A DNA stretch of 64,000 bases from Methanocaldococcus sp. 28A (GTDB taxonomy: Archaea > AGJL01 > Methanococci > Methanococcales > Methanocaldococcaceae): the NCBI GenBank assembly GCA_049852185.1, contig CP187540.1; one strand, given 5' to 3'. Below the pieces are notes generated by a model, which was not told the DNA's origin, did no database searches, and worked only from the letters and a program-made list of their open reading frames with translations. Numbering within the stretch: position 1 is the first letter of the stretch; each line of letters begins with the position of its first letter. Below, one piece after another: positions 43,341 through 54,083 of this stretch. A program made the position numbers and the translations under genes.

Positions 43341-44366
43341 TTAATGTTCTAATTCCTCTTTTAATTCCAATATGTTCATAGCTCTCAATATGTCTGTTTT
43401 TGATATTATTCCTTTTAATTTGCCATCTTCCACAACAAACACTCTATCAGTATAGGCCATTTTTCTTAGAATGTCGTTTATATCGGTATCTTCATCAACT
43501 ACTACAGGTTTTTGCATATAATCTCTAACAGTTCCTTCTTTTTTGTGTATGTTATTTATCCCTATACAGCCTACTAATTTTCCATTTTCAACTACTGGGT
43601 ATCCAAAATACTTATGTTTAAGCATAAAATCTAAAAACTCCTCAACACTCATATCTGGAGTTACACATACTGGATTTAATGTCATAATGTCCTTTGCTTT
43701 AATATTCTTAAATATCGTCTCAATTTCTACTATTTTACTTTCTTGTTCAGCTCCAAAATAGACAAATAAGCTAACTAAAATTAATATAATATTCATTGAT
43801 AAAAGTCCTAATATTAACATGATTAAAGCTAAGCTCTTTCCAATATTTGCTGCTATCTTTGTTGATTTTAAATAACCATACTTTTTTGATAAAATAGCTC
43901 TTAAAATTCTACCTCCATCCATTGGAAATGCTGGAATCAAATTAAAACTCCCAAGCATTAAGTTTAATAAGCTTAAGGTGTATAATAAAGGATATCCATT
44001 TATGTTTACATCAAAAAATTGAGATATAATTAATAAAGTTATCCCAATGATAAAGCTAACTAAAGGTCCTGCCAAACCAATTTTCAACTCTCCCTCTTTT
44101 GGAATTTTATCCATCATTGCAACTCCACCAATTGGCAATAGCAAGATTTTCTCTATTTTTACTCCATACTTTTTAGCAACATAACTATGCCCAAGTTCAT
44201 GCAAAACAACAGATACAAACAATAAAATAAATAGAACAGCCCAAAATATGCTGTTATTTATTATAGATAGGGCAATAACTATTACCAAAAATAAAATAAA
44301 GGTTATATGCAGCTCTATTGGAATTCCCATAATTTTGAACAATCTTATTGAATAATTCATACCCAT
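43341..44366 (-). CDS. Site-2 protease (M50) with CBS domains
   Basis: HELGH, NLIPAFPMDGG, C-terminal CBS pair. Confidence 0.94.
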   Translation of the reverse strand: MGMNYSIRLFKIMGIPIELHITFILFLVIVIALSIINNSIFWAVLFILLFVSVVLHELGHSYVAKKYGVKIEKILLLPIGGVAMMDKIPKEGELKIGLAGPLVSFIIGITLLIISQFFDVNINGYPLLYTLSLLNLMLGSFNLIPAFPMDGGRILRAILSKKYGYLKSTKIAANIGKSLALIMLILGLLSMNIILILVSLFVYFGAEQESKIVEIETIFKNIKAKDIMTLNPVCVTPDMSVEEFLDFMLKHKYFGYPVVENGKLVGCIGINNIHKKEGTVRDYMQKPVVVDEDTDINDILRKMAYTDRVFVVEDGKLKGIISKTDILRAMNILELKEELEH

Positions 44367-44449
44367 CTCCTATTTTTATTTTAATTACACTTTTAATATC
44401 TATCACTATATATTACTATTTCATAGCATATTTATGATGGTGAAAATCT

Positions 44450-44992
44450 ATGATTTCAGATGAAGAATTTATAAGAAAAGATAAAGTTCCAATAACAAAA
44501 GAAGAAATTAGGGCTGTAAGTATTGGGAAATTAAATTTAGATAAAGATGATGTTGTTGTAGATATTGGTTGTGGGAGTGGAGGAATGACAGTTGAGATAG
44601 CTAAAAGATGCAAGTTTGTATATGCAATAGATTACGTGGATGAGGCTATTGAATTAACTAAACAAAATTTAGCCAAATTTAATATTAAAAACTGCCAAGT
44701 CATAAAAGGAAGGGCGGAAGATATTCTATATAACTTAGAGTTTAACAAAGCTTTTATAGGTGGAACTAAGAATATTGAAAAAATAATTGAAATTTTAGAT
44801 AAAAAAGGTATAAATCATATTGTTGCAAATACAATTGTTTTAGAGAATGCAGTAAAAATAATGAACAAATTAGAAAATAATGGCTATAATGTTGAAGCTG
44901 TTAATGTTCTTATTTCTTACAGCAAAAAAATCTCTTCTGGACACATGTTTTTGGCAAAGAATCCAATAACCATAATAAAAGCTGTCAGGTAG
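44450..44992 (+). CDS. cbiT: Cobalt-precorrin-6B C15-methyltransferase
   Basis: PITKEEIRA, DIGCGSG, LAKNPI. Confidence 0.93.
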   Translation: MISDEEFIRKDKVPITKEEIRAVSIGKLNLDKDDVVVDIGCGSGGMTVEIAKRCKFVYAIDYVDEAIELTKQNLAKFNIKNCQVIKGRAEDILYNLEFNKAFIGGTKNIEKIIEILDKKGINHIVANTIVLENAVKIMNKLENNGYNVEAVNVLISYSKKISSGHMFLAKNPITIIKAVR

Positions 44993-44999
44993 ATTAAGT

Positions 45000-45125
45000 A
45001 TGGTAGAGAAAATAATGCTCTCAATACAAAATCCAGAAAGCATTTTAATTTCCTATGTTGATATTTATTTAGGAGATAAAAATGTTTCATTGGAAGTTTT
45101 ATCTAAAGACAATGCTAAGATCTAA
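45000..45125 (+). pseudogene. Short, probably truncated ORF after cbiT
   Basis: 41-aa MVEKIMLSIQNPESILISYVDIYLG... stops 7 bp before a family 1 repeat. Confidence 0.45.
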
Positions 45126-45131
45126 CTTAAA

Positions 45132-45223
45132 TAGGACTTTCGTAGGTATAAACATTAAAAGGCATATTTGATGCCAAAGGCATCATATTTTCATTACTCA
45201 ATATCCAAACTGCGGAAGTCTTA
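45132..45223. repeat. Family 1 repeat
   Basis: TAGGACTTTCGTAG...TGATGCC-aaa-GGCATCA...CTGCGGAAGTCTTA. Confidence 0.8.
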
Positions 45224-46153
45224 TTATAGCTTTTTTCTAATTGGCTCTAAAATCTTTATAAGCTCTTCAGCTACAGCATTTTTTAAATCCACTGGATGGA
45301 GTTCTTTATTTTTAAATAACTCCTCCAATTCTTTATAATTATTAACGGTTAAATCCCCACCAAATTTTTCTGGTCTATTTATAGTTAAAGGATATTCAAG
45401 GAAATATTTAGCAATTTCCATTATAGGATTTCCTTCAACAACTCCAGCAGGGCAGTAAGCTTTTCTAATTTTTTCTCTAATCTTTTCTGGAGAGTCATCA
45501 ACCGCTATAAAGTTTCCTTTTGAAGAACTCATCTTTCCTTCTCCATCTAAACCTGTCAATACAGGATTGTGAATGCAAACAACCTTTTTTGGTAAAAGCT
45601 CCCTTGCTAACATGTGTATCTTTCTCTGCTCCATTCCTCCAACTGCAACATCAACATCTAAGTAATAAATATCATTAACTTGCATTATTGGATAGATAAC
45701 TTCAGCAACCTTTGGGTTTTCATCCTCTCTTGCTATAAGCTCCATACTCCTTCTTGCTCTCTTTAAAGTAGTTTTTAAAGCTAATTTATAGACATTTAGT
45801 GTATAATCTTTCTCTAATTGAAACTCACTACCATAAACATATTTTGCCTTTAATCCCATTGCCTCAAAAACTCTTCTGTTATATTCACCAATCTCTCTAA
45901 TCTCATCTAACTCTCCTTTCTGGTTTAAATATGCATGCAAATCAGCTAACAATATGATTATATCAAATCCTGCATTTTGTAAATCAATCATCTTTTTTAT
46001 TTGCAAATAATGCCCTAAATGAATTTTACCACTAGGTTCAAAACCTATGTATGCTTTTTTATCTTTTTTCTTTAAAACCTCTTTTAACTCTTCTTCACTA
46101 ACTATTTCAACAGTGTTTCTCTTTATCATCTCAAATTCATCCATATCCTTCAC
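45224..46153 (-). CDS. tyrS: Tyrosyl-tRNA synthetase
   Basis: [28 protein letters not shown]. Confidence 0.98.
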   Translation of the reverse strand: MKDMDEFEMIKRNTVEIVSEEELKEVLKKKDKKAYIGFEPSGKIHLGHYLQIKKMIDLQNAGFDIIILLADLHAYLNQKGELDEIREIGEYNRRVFEAMGLKAKYVYGSEFQLEKDYTLNVYKLALKTTLKRARRSMELIAREDENPKVAEVIYPIMQVNDIYYLDVDVAVGGMEQRKIHMLARELLPKKVVCIHNPVLTGLDGEGKMSSSKGNFIAVDDSPEKIREKIRKAYCPAGVVEGNPIMEIAKYFLEYPLTINRPEKFGGDLTVNNYKELEELFKNKELHPVDLKNAVAEELIKILEPIRKKL

Positions 46154-46194
46154 CCTAACGTCTTATTAAAATTATAAGAATAAAGTGAATACTA

Positions 46195-46292
46195 TAAGAC
46201 TTTTGTAAAGATAAATTTTTTATTGGACAATGGACACTTTAAGGTGTCTAAATTCCAAATTAATATTAATATATGACACTGCGAAAGTCCTA
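46195..46292. repeat. Family 1 repeat
   Basis: TAAGACTTTTGTA...GACAC/GTGTC hairpin...CTGCGAAAGTCCTA. Confidence 0.75.
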
Positions 46293-46343
46293 TATATATT
46301 CAGTCATTCATAATTTATAATTTCAGAACTTTTTGGTGGTATC

Positions 46344-46967
46344 ATGAAGAAGATTATTTCATCAAAAGTTAATTGTGATGAAGAACTTTTGGAGCTTTGC
46401 GAGAGATTGTCAAGGTTAAATATTGACTGCACAATAGTATCAAAAGGAAACCGTGTAAGAATATATGTATTTGGATATGATAAAGATTCTTTAAATGAAA
46501 ACTATAGAGCGGTAATGAACTTAATGGATAAAGTTAGGAAAAAGTATAGAAAAGATAAAGAAGGATTATACGAATATTCATTATCAGAACTTAAATATCC
46601 AGTTAATAAAAACTTGGTTATTGATGCATTAAAACATTTAGGGTATAAGATTATATACTTAGAGGATGAGAATGCTATAAAAACAGATGTAGATATTAAT
46701 AAATTTAATGAAATATTGGAAGAGCTTCATGAGCTATATCAAGAGTTAAGATTTTCAAATCTTGGTTCAAAACCTGTCAAAAATTTGGTTGTATTAGTTT
46801 CATACATTACTAAAAAACCAATTGACAATGTTATTGAAGAAGCTTTAGAAAAAGGATTCTTTAGAGAAGAGGAAGGAATAATTGTATTAAACAAAGATAT
46901 AAACTTAGCTAAAAAAGTTCTATTGGAGGGAGAAGATGGAAATAAAGATATTAGAGAGAAAGGATAA
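46344..46967 (+). CDS. Conserved archaeal protein (DUF2067-like)
   Basis: 207-aa ORF with RBS overlapping rpoL. Confidence 0.75.
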   Translation: MKKIISSKVNCDEELLELCERLSRLNIDCTIVSKGNRVRIYVFGYDKDSLNENYRAVMNLMDKVRKKYRKDKEGLYEYSLSELKYPVNKNLVIDALKHLGYKIIYLEDENAIKTDVDINKFNEILEELHELYQELRFSNLGSKPVKNLVVLVSYITKKPIDNVIEEALEKGFFREEEGIIVLNKDINLAKKVLLEGEDGNKDIREKG

Positions 46968-47235
46968 TTTGATTGAAATTGAGCTAATTAACGAAGACCA
47001 CTCACTACCTAATTTATTGAAAGATATTTTATTAACAAAAGAAGGAGTAAAGATGGCTTCTTACTCTATAGACCATCCATTATTACACCCAGAAACTGGG
47101 AGATATATATCAAACCCAAAAATAACTATAATTACTGAAGAAGGTACAGACCCTATAGAGGTTTTAAAAGAAGGATTAAAAGATATTATTGAAATGTGTA
47201 ATACTTTATTGGATGAATTAAAGAAAAACAAATAA
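46936..47235 (+). CDS. rpoL: RNA polymerase subunit L (Rpo11)
   Basis: NEDHSLPNLL, ASYSIDHPL. Confidence 0.94.
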   Translation: MEIKILERKDNLIEIELINEDHSLPNLLKDILLTKEGVKMASYSIDHPLLHPETGRYISNPKITIITEEGTDPIEVLKEGLKDIIEMCNTLLDELKKNK

Positions 47236-47262
47236 AAACCAAACTTTAACTCTTTTATTATA

Positions 47263-47737
47263 TAACTTTTGCAGGAATAAATAAATATAATAATGAACTT
47301 TGATGTCCTTTGAACATCTATACCTGTTAAAAATGCAATAATAATATTTACAACTATTGAATATATGAATCTAATGGGCTTCAAGACTTTCACAATACCT
47401 ACTTAAAGTGCATTCAGACAGTTAATTCCTTAAATAAATGTTAAACTGCGAAGGTCCTATAATCATTAACCGAAAATTTTATATATGGTGTTAGCTATCT
47501 TAGCAATATAAAAATTTTTAATATAATTTTGCATTTACTATTTAAAAAACAGAATACCTTCTCTTTTCAATATATAAAAAAATTATTGTTGTGTGCAAAA
47601 TAAAATAGACTTTAAAAAGGTTAATTTGAATGCCTTCCAAAAGGAAGACATTCATTAATACCTTATTTTAATTAAGATAGTTTTGCACAAAACTATAAAA
47701 TGAAGCCTTTAAAACATTTGTTCCTGCGAAAGTCCTA
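47263..47737. repeat. Cluster of family 1 copies (about 47263, 47382-47459, right arm 47723-47737) and a family 2 copy (47584-47697)
   Basis: Same TIR and hairpin motifs as elsewhere in window. Confidence 0.75.
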
Positions 47738-47821
47738 TTCAATTATTTAAGTGTAAAATATTTATATTAGATGTTATATAATATGGATGCTTTTTACGCA
47801 TAATATAAAAAAGAAAGGAGG

Positions 47822-48487
47822 ATGAGTATGGACAGAGAAGCACTGTTGCAAGCGGTGAAGGAGGCTCGCGAACTCGCGAAGCCGAGAAACTTCACACAGT
47901 CATTTGAATTCATAGCAACCCTCAAAGAGATTGACATGAGGAAGCCAGAGAACAGAATAAAGACTGAAGTAGTGCTTCCTCATGGAAGAGGGAAAGAAGC
48001 TAAAATAGCTGTTATTGGAACTGGTGACTTAGCTAAACAAGCTGAAGAATTAGGTTTAACAGTTATTAGAAAAGAAGAAATTGAAGAGTTAGGTAAGAAT
48101 AAAAGAAAATTAAGAAAAATAGCTAATGCTCATGACTTCTTTATAGCTCAAGCTGATTTAATGCCATTGATTGGTAGATATATGGGGGTTATATTGGGTC
48201 CAAGAGGAAAGATGCCAAAACCAGTTCCTGCTAACGCAAACATAGCTCCATTAGTTGAAAGATTAAAGAAAACAGTTGTCATAAATACAAGAGATAAGCC
48301 ATACTTCCAAGTATTAGTTGGAAACGAAAAAATGACTGATGAGCAAATAGTCGATAACATAGAGGCAGTTTTAAACGTTGTAGCTAAGAAGTATGAAAAA
48401 GGTCTCTACCACTTAAAAGATGCTTATGTTAAGTTAACCATGGGTCCAGCTGTAAAAGTTAAAAAAGAGAAATCTAAGAAAAGATAA
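47822..48487 (+). CDS. rpl1: 50S ribosomal protein L1
   Basis: [20 protein letters not shown]. Confidence 0.97.
   Translation: MSMDREALLQAVKEARELAKPRNFTQSFEFIATLKEIDMRKPENRIKTEVVLPHGRGKEAKIAVIGTGDLAKQAEELGLTVIRKEEIEELGKNKRKLRKIANAHDFFIAQADLMPLIGRYMGVILGPRGKMPKPVPANANIAPLVERLKKTVVINTRDKPYFQVLVGNEKMTDEQIVDNIEAVLNVVAKKYEKGLYHLKDAYVKLTMGPAVKVKKEKSKKR
47855..47895 (+). promoter_or_regulatory. L1 autoregulatory mRNA binding site inside rpl1
   Basis: GTGAAG-GA-GGCT-CGCGAACTCGCG-AAGCC-GAGAAA-CTTCAC about 30 nt after the start; matches the known Methanococcales L1 operator architecture. Confidence 0.8.
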
Positions 48488-48505
48488 AAACTCTAAATAA
48501 TAAAA

Positions 48506-49537
48506 GTGAAGGGGATAGAAATGGAAACAAAAGTGAAAGCTCATGTAGCCCCATGGAAGATTGAGGAAGTTAAAACACTAAAGGGGCTCATTAAAAGTAA
48601 GCCTGTAGTAGCTATTGTAGATATGATGGATGTTCCTGCCCCTCAATTACAAGAAATTAGAGACAAAATTAGAGATAAAGTAAAATTGAGAATGTCAAGA
48701 AACACCTTAATCATAAGAGCTTTAAAAGAAGCTGCTGAAGAATTAAACAATCCAAAATTAGCTGAGTTAGCAAATTATGTTGAGAGAGGGGCAGCAATAT
48801 TAGTTACTGACATGAACCCATTCAAGTTATACAAAATGTTGGAAGAGAATAAAAGTCCAGCTCCAGTAAGAGGAGGACAAATAGCTCCTTGTGACATTAA
48901 AGTTGAGAAAGGTTCAACTGGAATGCCTCCAGGACCTTTCTTAGGAGAGCTTAAGAGTGTAGGTATTCCAGCAGCAATAGAAAAAGGTAAGATAGCTATT
49001 AAAGAAGATAAAGTTGTTGTTAAAAAAGGAGAAGTAGTTTCACCAAAATTAGCAGCTGTCTTAGATAGATTAGGAATTAAGCCAATAAAAGTCGGTTTAA
49101 ACATTTTGGCAGTTTATGAAGATGGTATCATCTATACTCCAGATGTCTTAAAAGTTGATGAAGAGAAATTATTAGCTGATATACAAGCTGCTTACCAAAA
49201 TGCATTTAACTTGGCATTCAACACAGCATACCCAGCAAAAGAAGTATTGCCTTTCTTAATACAGAAGGCATTCTTAGATGCTAGAGCTTTATCAATAGAG
49301 ACAGCATTCGTAACAAAAGAAACTGCTGGAGATATATTAGCAAAAGCTCAAGCTCAGGCATTAGCCTTAGCTTCAAAATTGCCTGACGAAGCATTAGATG
49401 AAGACATTAAAGCTAAGTTATCCTCAGTAGAAGTTTCAGCTGCTCCAGTAGCTGAAGAGAAGAAAGAAGAAGAGAAAAAAGAGGAAGAGAAGAAAAAAGA
49501 AGACACTGGAGCTATTGGATTAGCTCTATTATTCTAA
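48506..49537 (+). CDS. rpl10: 50S ribosomal protein L10 (P0)
   Basis: [15 protein letters not shown], acidic tail. Confidence 0.97.
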   Translation: MKGIEMETKVKAHVAPWKIEEVKTLKGLIKSKPVVAIVDMMDVPAPQLQEIRDKIRDKVKLRMSRNTLIIRALKEAAEELNNPKLAELANYVERGAAILVTDMNPFKLYKMLEENKSPAPVRGGQIAPCDIKVEKGSTGMPPGPFLGELKSVGIPAAIEKGKIAIKEDKVVVKKGEVVSPKLAAVLDRLGIKPIKVGLNILAVYEDGIIYTPDVLKVDEEKLLADIQAAYQNAFNLAFNTAYPAKEVLPFLIQKAFLDARALSIETAFVTKETAGDILAKAQAQALALASKLPDEALDEDIKAKLSSVEVSAAPVAEEKKEEEKKEEEKKKEDTGAIGLALLF

Positions 49538-49679
49538 CCGAAAAATATAAATAACTAATTATAAATAGTGAATTGCAAATCTATTTCAATTTGTTGTTTG
49601 GATATTAGCAATTATAGTAGTGTACAAAATAAAATAAACACAACATAACTACTAAAATAGAAACTTGGAGGTGTAGATT

Positions 49680-49985
49680 ATGGAATACATATACGCAGCT
49701 TTATTATTGCACAGTGCAGGAAAAGAAATCACAGAAGATGCAATTAAAGCAGTTTTATCAGCTGCAGGTGTTGAGGTAGATGAAGCAAGAGTTAAAGCAT
49801 TAGTTGCTGGATTAGAAGGAATAGATATCGAAGAAGCTATCGCAAATGCTGCAATGCCTGTCGCTGCGGCTCCTGCTACTGCAGCTCCAGCAGCAGCTGA
49901 AGAGAAGAAAGAAGAAGAGAAAAAAGAAGAGAAGAAAGAAGACGAAGGAGCAGCTATTGCGGGATTGGCTGCTTTGTTCGGATAA
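49680..49985 (+). CDS. rpl12: 50S ribosomal protein L12 (P1)
   Basis: [18 protein letters not shown]. Confidence 0.97.
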   Translation: MEYIYAALLLHSAGKEITEDAIKAVLSAAGVEVDEARVKALVAGLEGIDIEEAIANAAMPVAAAPATAAPAAAEEKKEEEKKEEKKEDEGAAIAGLAALFG

Positions 49986-50108
49986 ATTATCTACTATTTT
50001 TTTATTTTTAAATACATCTATTTACTTAAATATATAAATTATATATAATATTTAAAATTATTTATATATAATGGGTTTTTATATAATGTTTAAAGTTATT
50101 TATAAAAT

Positions 50109-50663
50109 ATGGTGAAAATCATGGAACCAGAGATTAAAATTGTTAATGTTGTAGTTTCAACAAAAATTGGTGATAATATTGATTTAGAAGAGGTTGCTAT
50201 GATTTTAGAAAACGCTGAATACGAACCTGAACAATTTCCTGGATTGGTTTGTAGATTATCAGTTCCAAAAGTGGCTTTACTCATATTCAGAAGTGGTAAA
50301 GTAAATTGTACTGGAGCTAAAAGTAAGGAAGAGGCTGAGATAGCTATTAAAAAAATTATAAAAGAGTTAAAAGATGCAGGATTTGATGTTATTGAAAATC
50401 CAGAGATTAAAATTCAAAATATGGTTGCTACAGCTGATTTAGGAATTGAGCCTAATTTAGATGACATTGCATTAATGGTCGAAGGTACTGAGTATGAACC
50501 AGAACAATTCCCAGGTCTTGTTTATAGGTTAGATGACCCAAAGGTTGTTGTTTTAATCTTTGGAAGTGGTAAGGTTGTTATTACTGGTTTAAAAAGTGAA
50601 GAAGATGCTAAAAGAGCTTTAAAAAAGATTTTAGATACAATAAAAGAAGTTCAAGAACTTTAA
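50109..50663 (+). CDS. tbp: TATA-box binding protein
   Basis: Two EYEPEQFPGL repeats. Confidence 0.98.
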   Translation: MVKIMEPEIKIVNVVVSTKIGDNIDLEEVAMILENAEYEPEQFPGLVCRLSVPKVALLIFRSGKVNCTGAKSKEEAEIAIKKIIKELKDAGFDVIENPEIKIQNMVATADLGIEPNLDDIALMVEGTEYEPEQFPGLVYRLDDPKVVVLIFGSGKVVITGLKSEEDAKRALKKILDTIKEVQEL

Positions 50664-50678
50664 ATTTTAGGGATTGAA

Positions 50679-51269
50679 ATGATTGGCATCATAGATTACA
50701 ACGCTGGGAATTTGAGAAGTATTCAAAAAGCTGTAGAGCTTTATGATAAAGCAATAATAACAAACAACAGTGAAGAGCTATTAGCATGTGATAAGGTAAT
50801 TTTGCCAGGTGTAGGGAATTTTGGTAGTGCAATGGAAAACCTATCAAAATTAAAAGAGACAATATACAAAATCATTGATGATAAAGTTCCTTTCTTAGGG
50901 ATATGTTTAGGAATGCAAGTTTTATTTGAAGAAAGTGAAGAGAAAAAAGGAATAGAGGGATTAGGAATTATAAAAGGCAATGTAACTAAATTTAAAAATG
51001 TTGAAAAACTTCCACACATGGGATGGAATAATGTAAAGATAGTTAAAGACTGCCTATTGTTTGAGGGAATAAAAGATAACAGCTACTTTTACTTTGTCCA
51101 TTCATATCATGTAAATCCTTCTGAAGATTGTATTATTGGAGAGACAGAATATAATATATGGTTTCCAAGCGTTATAAATAAAGATAACATCTATGCTACT
51201 CAATTTCACCCAGAAAAAAGTGGAAAAATTGGATTAAAAATTATAGAAAACTTTGTTGAGTTATTATAA
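50679..51269 (+). CDS. hisH: Imidazole glycerol phosphate synthase subunit HisH
   Basis: LPGVG, GICLGMQ, QFHPEKS. Confidence 0.96.
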   Translation: MIGIIDYNAGNLRSIQKAVELYDKAIITNNSEELLACDKVILPGVGNFGSAMENLSKLKETIYKIIDDKVPFLGICLGMQVLFEESEEKKGIEGLGIIKGNVTKFKNVEKLPHMGWNNVKIVKDCLLFEGIKDNSYFYFVHSYHVNPSEDCIIGETEYNIWFPSVINKDNIYATQFHPEKSGKIGLKIIENFVELL

Positions 51270-51273
51270 TAAT

Positions 51274-52023
51274 TTAATTTTTTGATGTTTCATTTAAAAA
51301 TTTATCTAAAAATTCTAAACCTCCACCATAATTTACAGCCTTTGGATGAATGGATAGAAAAAACTGTCGATTTTCTTTTATGCTTAGTTTATAATCAATT
51401 ATTGCAAGACATTCAGCTATTTTTTCTAAATACTTCGGAAGATACCATGTATATTCTCTATTTGTTATTTTAATAGAATATATTTTTCCATTCCTGTCTA
51501 TTATCATTTTGTTTTTTAGAATTATTGTCATATTTTTTTCTAAGAATAATTTTTCAGCGTCTTTTGATAATGCATATCTTGGTGGAATAAAGTATTTTAT
51601 TTCTTTAGGATTAAATCCACATTGTTCTAAAATTTTAAACGATTTATTTAGTTTTTCTTCTGCAACACTTTTATTGCAATTAAATTCATCTCCTATGTGA
51701 TTGTAAGCGTGAAACTCTATATGATAACCTTCTCTCTCCAATTTATGTAAATAAGCAGTAAATTCAGGATAATCCCTCAAATTATATTTATTTGCATGAT
51801 TAACAATTAAAAAAAGATATGTCCTATTTTGGTAATTATGCTTATTAATAATTTTTATAATTTCTTTTAATTCGTCAAAATATACTGGAGAAACATCATG
51901 GATTAATATTATAGGCTTATTTTGCTTATTTTGGCTACTGTCACTAAAAATAAAAGAAAACAAAATAATAAATAATATAAATATAGAAAATAAAAAAAGC
52001 AAAGTTTTATTCATAAGATTCAC
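51274..52023 (-). CDS. Membrane-anchored polysaccharide deacetylase-like protein (DUF2334)
   Basis: N-terminal TM, IHDVSP, HAYNH, FIPPRY, SIHP. Confidence 0.75.
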   Translation of the reverse strand: MNLMNKTLLFLFSIFILFIILFSFIFSDSSQNKQNKPIILIHDVSPVYFDELKEIIKIINKHNYQNRTYLFLIVNHANKYNLRDYPEFTAYLHKLEREGYHIEFHAYNHIGDEFNCNKSVAEEKLNKSFKILEQCGFNPKEIKYFIPPRYALSKDAEKLFLEKNMTIILKNKMIIDRNGKIYSIKITNREYTWYLPKYLEKIAECLAIIDYKLSIKENRQFFLSIHPKAVNYGGGLEFLDKFLNETSKN

Positions 52024-52031
52024 TTAATTTA

Positions 52032-52613
52032 TTATTCTTCTTTTTTCTTTTTAATTCTTGGCATACATAAAATCTCTCTCGCCTCTATGTTAAAGAAAGT
52101 GTTCATATTAGCCGGCTTGATAACCATTGCTGTATCTGCTCCTCTACTTGTCCCTCCAATAGCTATAACTTCTTCTTTTGCCTTTATTAAACCAGCATCA
52201 CATGCCATAATTGTAATTTCATAGCAAACCTTAACCCCCTGCCCAAAAGTTCTTAAAGTTTCGGCTATAACTTGGACAGGTCCATAACCTCCCAACTTAT
52301 TTGAAATTCCTCTTTCAACTCCACTTAAAGCATGACTTCCCCTAAATACCTTAGCCCCTCTTTTCTTTAATTCTTCTTCAACCTCTTTATCCATTGAAAT
52401 TATATCCTCTCCATAGAATCCCTGATGATATGTAACAACAACAACATTTAAATCTAATTTTTCTTTCTCTAACAAGTCAAGTAATTTTTTAGCAGTCTCT
52501 CCTGTTGAAGATGCAACAACAATACTTTTTATATTCCCCTTCTTAGCTCTCTCTACAGCTATTTTTAATGTTTCATCAGTGTTCTGCTTTCCAGGATATT
52601 CAAAGAGTTTCAT
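52032..52613 (-). CDS. Pyruvate kinase alpha/beta-like domain protein (DUF1867)
   Basis: [24 protein letters not shown]. Confidence 0.85.
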   Translation of the reverse strand: MKLFEYPGKQNTDETLKIAVERAKKGNIKSIVVASSTGETAKKLLDLLEKEKLDLNVVVVTYHQGFYGEDIISMDKEVEEELKKRGAKVFRGSHALSGVERGISNKLGGYGPVQVIAETLRTFGQGVKVCYEITIMACDAGLIKAKEEVIAIGGTSRGADTAMVIKPANMNTFFNIEAREILCMPRIKKKKEE

Positions 52614-52637
52614 ATTATCACCTACAACTATCTTATT

Positions 52638-53849
52638 TTAGTTTTTATTTCTCTTCTTTAAAACCTCCTCAACAATCTCTTTAAAGACATCATCAGTTAT
52701 AAATTTACCTTCCTCTCTAACTTCTTTAACTTTTTTAACTATCTCACACAACATCTCTCTATCATAATCAATACCCATAAGCTTTAATTTATAAGCAACA
52801 GCTCTACATCCAGAATGCTTTCCTAACAAAATATTTCTCTTAAGCCCTATTTTCTCTGGAAGGAATGGCTCATAGGTTAATGGATTCTCTATGACAGCAT
52901 CAACATGAATTCCACTTTCATGGGCAAATACAAGCTCTCCAACTATTGGCTTATTCTTTGGAACTTTTATTCCAGAATACTCCTCAACCATCTTACATAA
53001 TTCTGGCAGAACTTCCAAATTTAATCCCAAATCAACATCATATAAAACACTTAAAGCCATAATTAGCTCTTCTAAAGCTGCATTTCCAGCTCTTTCTCCA
53101 ATACCATTAACTGTTGTTGAAACTGCCTTAGCTCCTCCAATTAAACCATATATTGAATTTATAACTGCAAATCCAAAGTCGTTGTGGCAGTGAACTCCTA
53201 TATGAGCCTTTTTTAAGTTTTCTTTTAATGTTCTACAGATAAATTCCATACTTTGTGGTGTAGCACATCCAACAGTATCGGCAATATGAACTCTATCAGC
53301 CCCAGCCTCTTCAGCTGCTCTATGCACTTTAATTAAATCCTCAATTGGTGTTCTTGTAGCATCTTCAGCAGAGAAAGCTACAAATAAGCCATGTTCTTTT
53401 GCATATTCAACTGCTTCAACTCCCATCTCTAAGATATCATCTAAGCTTTTGTTGTTAAATTTATATTTTAAATGTAATGGTGAGGTGGCTATAAAGGTAA
53501 TTATCCCATCTACATCACATTCAATTGCCTTATCAATATCCTTCTTTAAAGCCCTACATAAAGCTAATATATCAGCGTTTAACCCTTCATTTACAATTGT
53601 TTTAACAATATCTGCCTCTCTCTCAGAAACTATTGGGAAACCAGCTTCAATTTGCTTTAATCCAAGCTCATCTAATTTCCTTGCTATCTCTAATTTTTGT
53701 TCTTTGGTGAAGCAGACTCCTGGAGTTTGTTCTCCATCTCTTAAGGTTGTGTCATATATGTATATATCTTTTAAATCCAATTTTGGATTGTATGGACAGA
53801 TAGCTTTCCAGCTATTTTCAAACAAAAAGTCCATAAATATCACCAGCAT
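52638..53849 (-). CDS. aksA: Homocitrate synthase AksA
   Basis: DTTLRDGEQ, HCHNDFG, AHESGIH; lacks regulatory domain. Confidence 0.85.
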   Translation of the reverse strand: MLVIFMDFLFENSWKAICPYNPKLDLKDIYIYDTTLRDGEQTPGVCFTKEQKLEIARKLDELGLKQIEAGFPIVSEREADIVKTIVNEGLNADILALCRALKKDIDKAIECDVDGIITFIATSPLHLKYKFNNKSLDDILEMGVEAVEYAKEHGLFVAFSAEDATRTPIEDLIKVHRAAEEAGADRVHIADTVGCATPQSMEFICRTLKENLKKAHIGVHCHNDFGFAVINSIYGLIGGAKAVSTTVNGIGERAGNAALEELIMALSVLYDVDLGLNLEVLPELCKMVEEYSGIKVPKNKPIVGELVFAHESGIHVDAVIENPLTYEPFLPEKIGLKRNILLGKHSGCRAVAYKLKLMGIDYDREMLCEIVKKVKEVREEGKFITDDVFKEIVEEVLKKRNKN

Positions 53850-53894
53850 TTGCAGTAATGAATTTTTTTATTGTTTTTATATTGTATTGATAAT

Positions 53895-54008
53895 TATAGT
53901 TGTGTGCAAAATAAAATAAACTTTTATAAGGGCAATTTGAATGTCTTCCCTATGGAAGGTATTCTTTAATACCCTATTTTATTTAAGATAGTTTTGCACA
54001 CAACTATA
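53895..54008. mobile_element. Family 2 repeat (114 bp, perfect TIRs)
   Basis: TATAGTTGTGTGCAAAA ... TTTTGCACACAACTATA. Confidence 0.88.
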
Positions 54009-54083
54009 AAGGAGCTAAATATCTTATTAATATTTTAAAGATTTTTATTATTCTATTCTTATTAATTCTTAAATTCTTATTAA

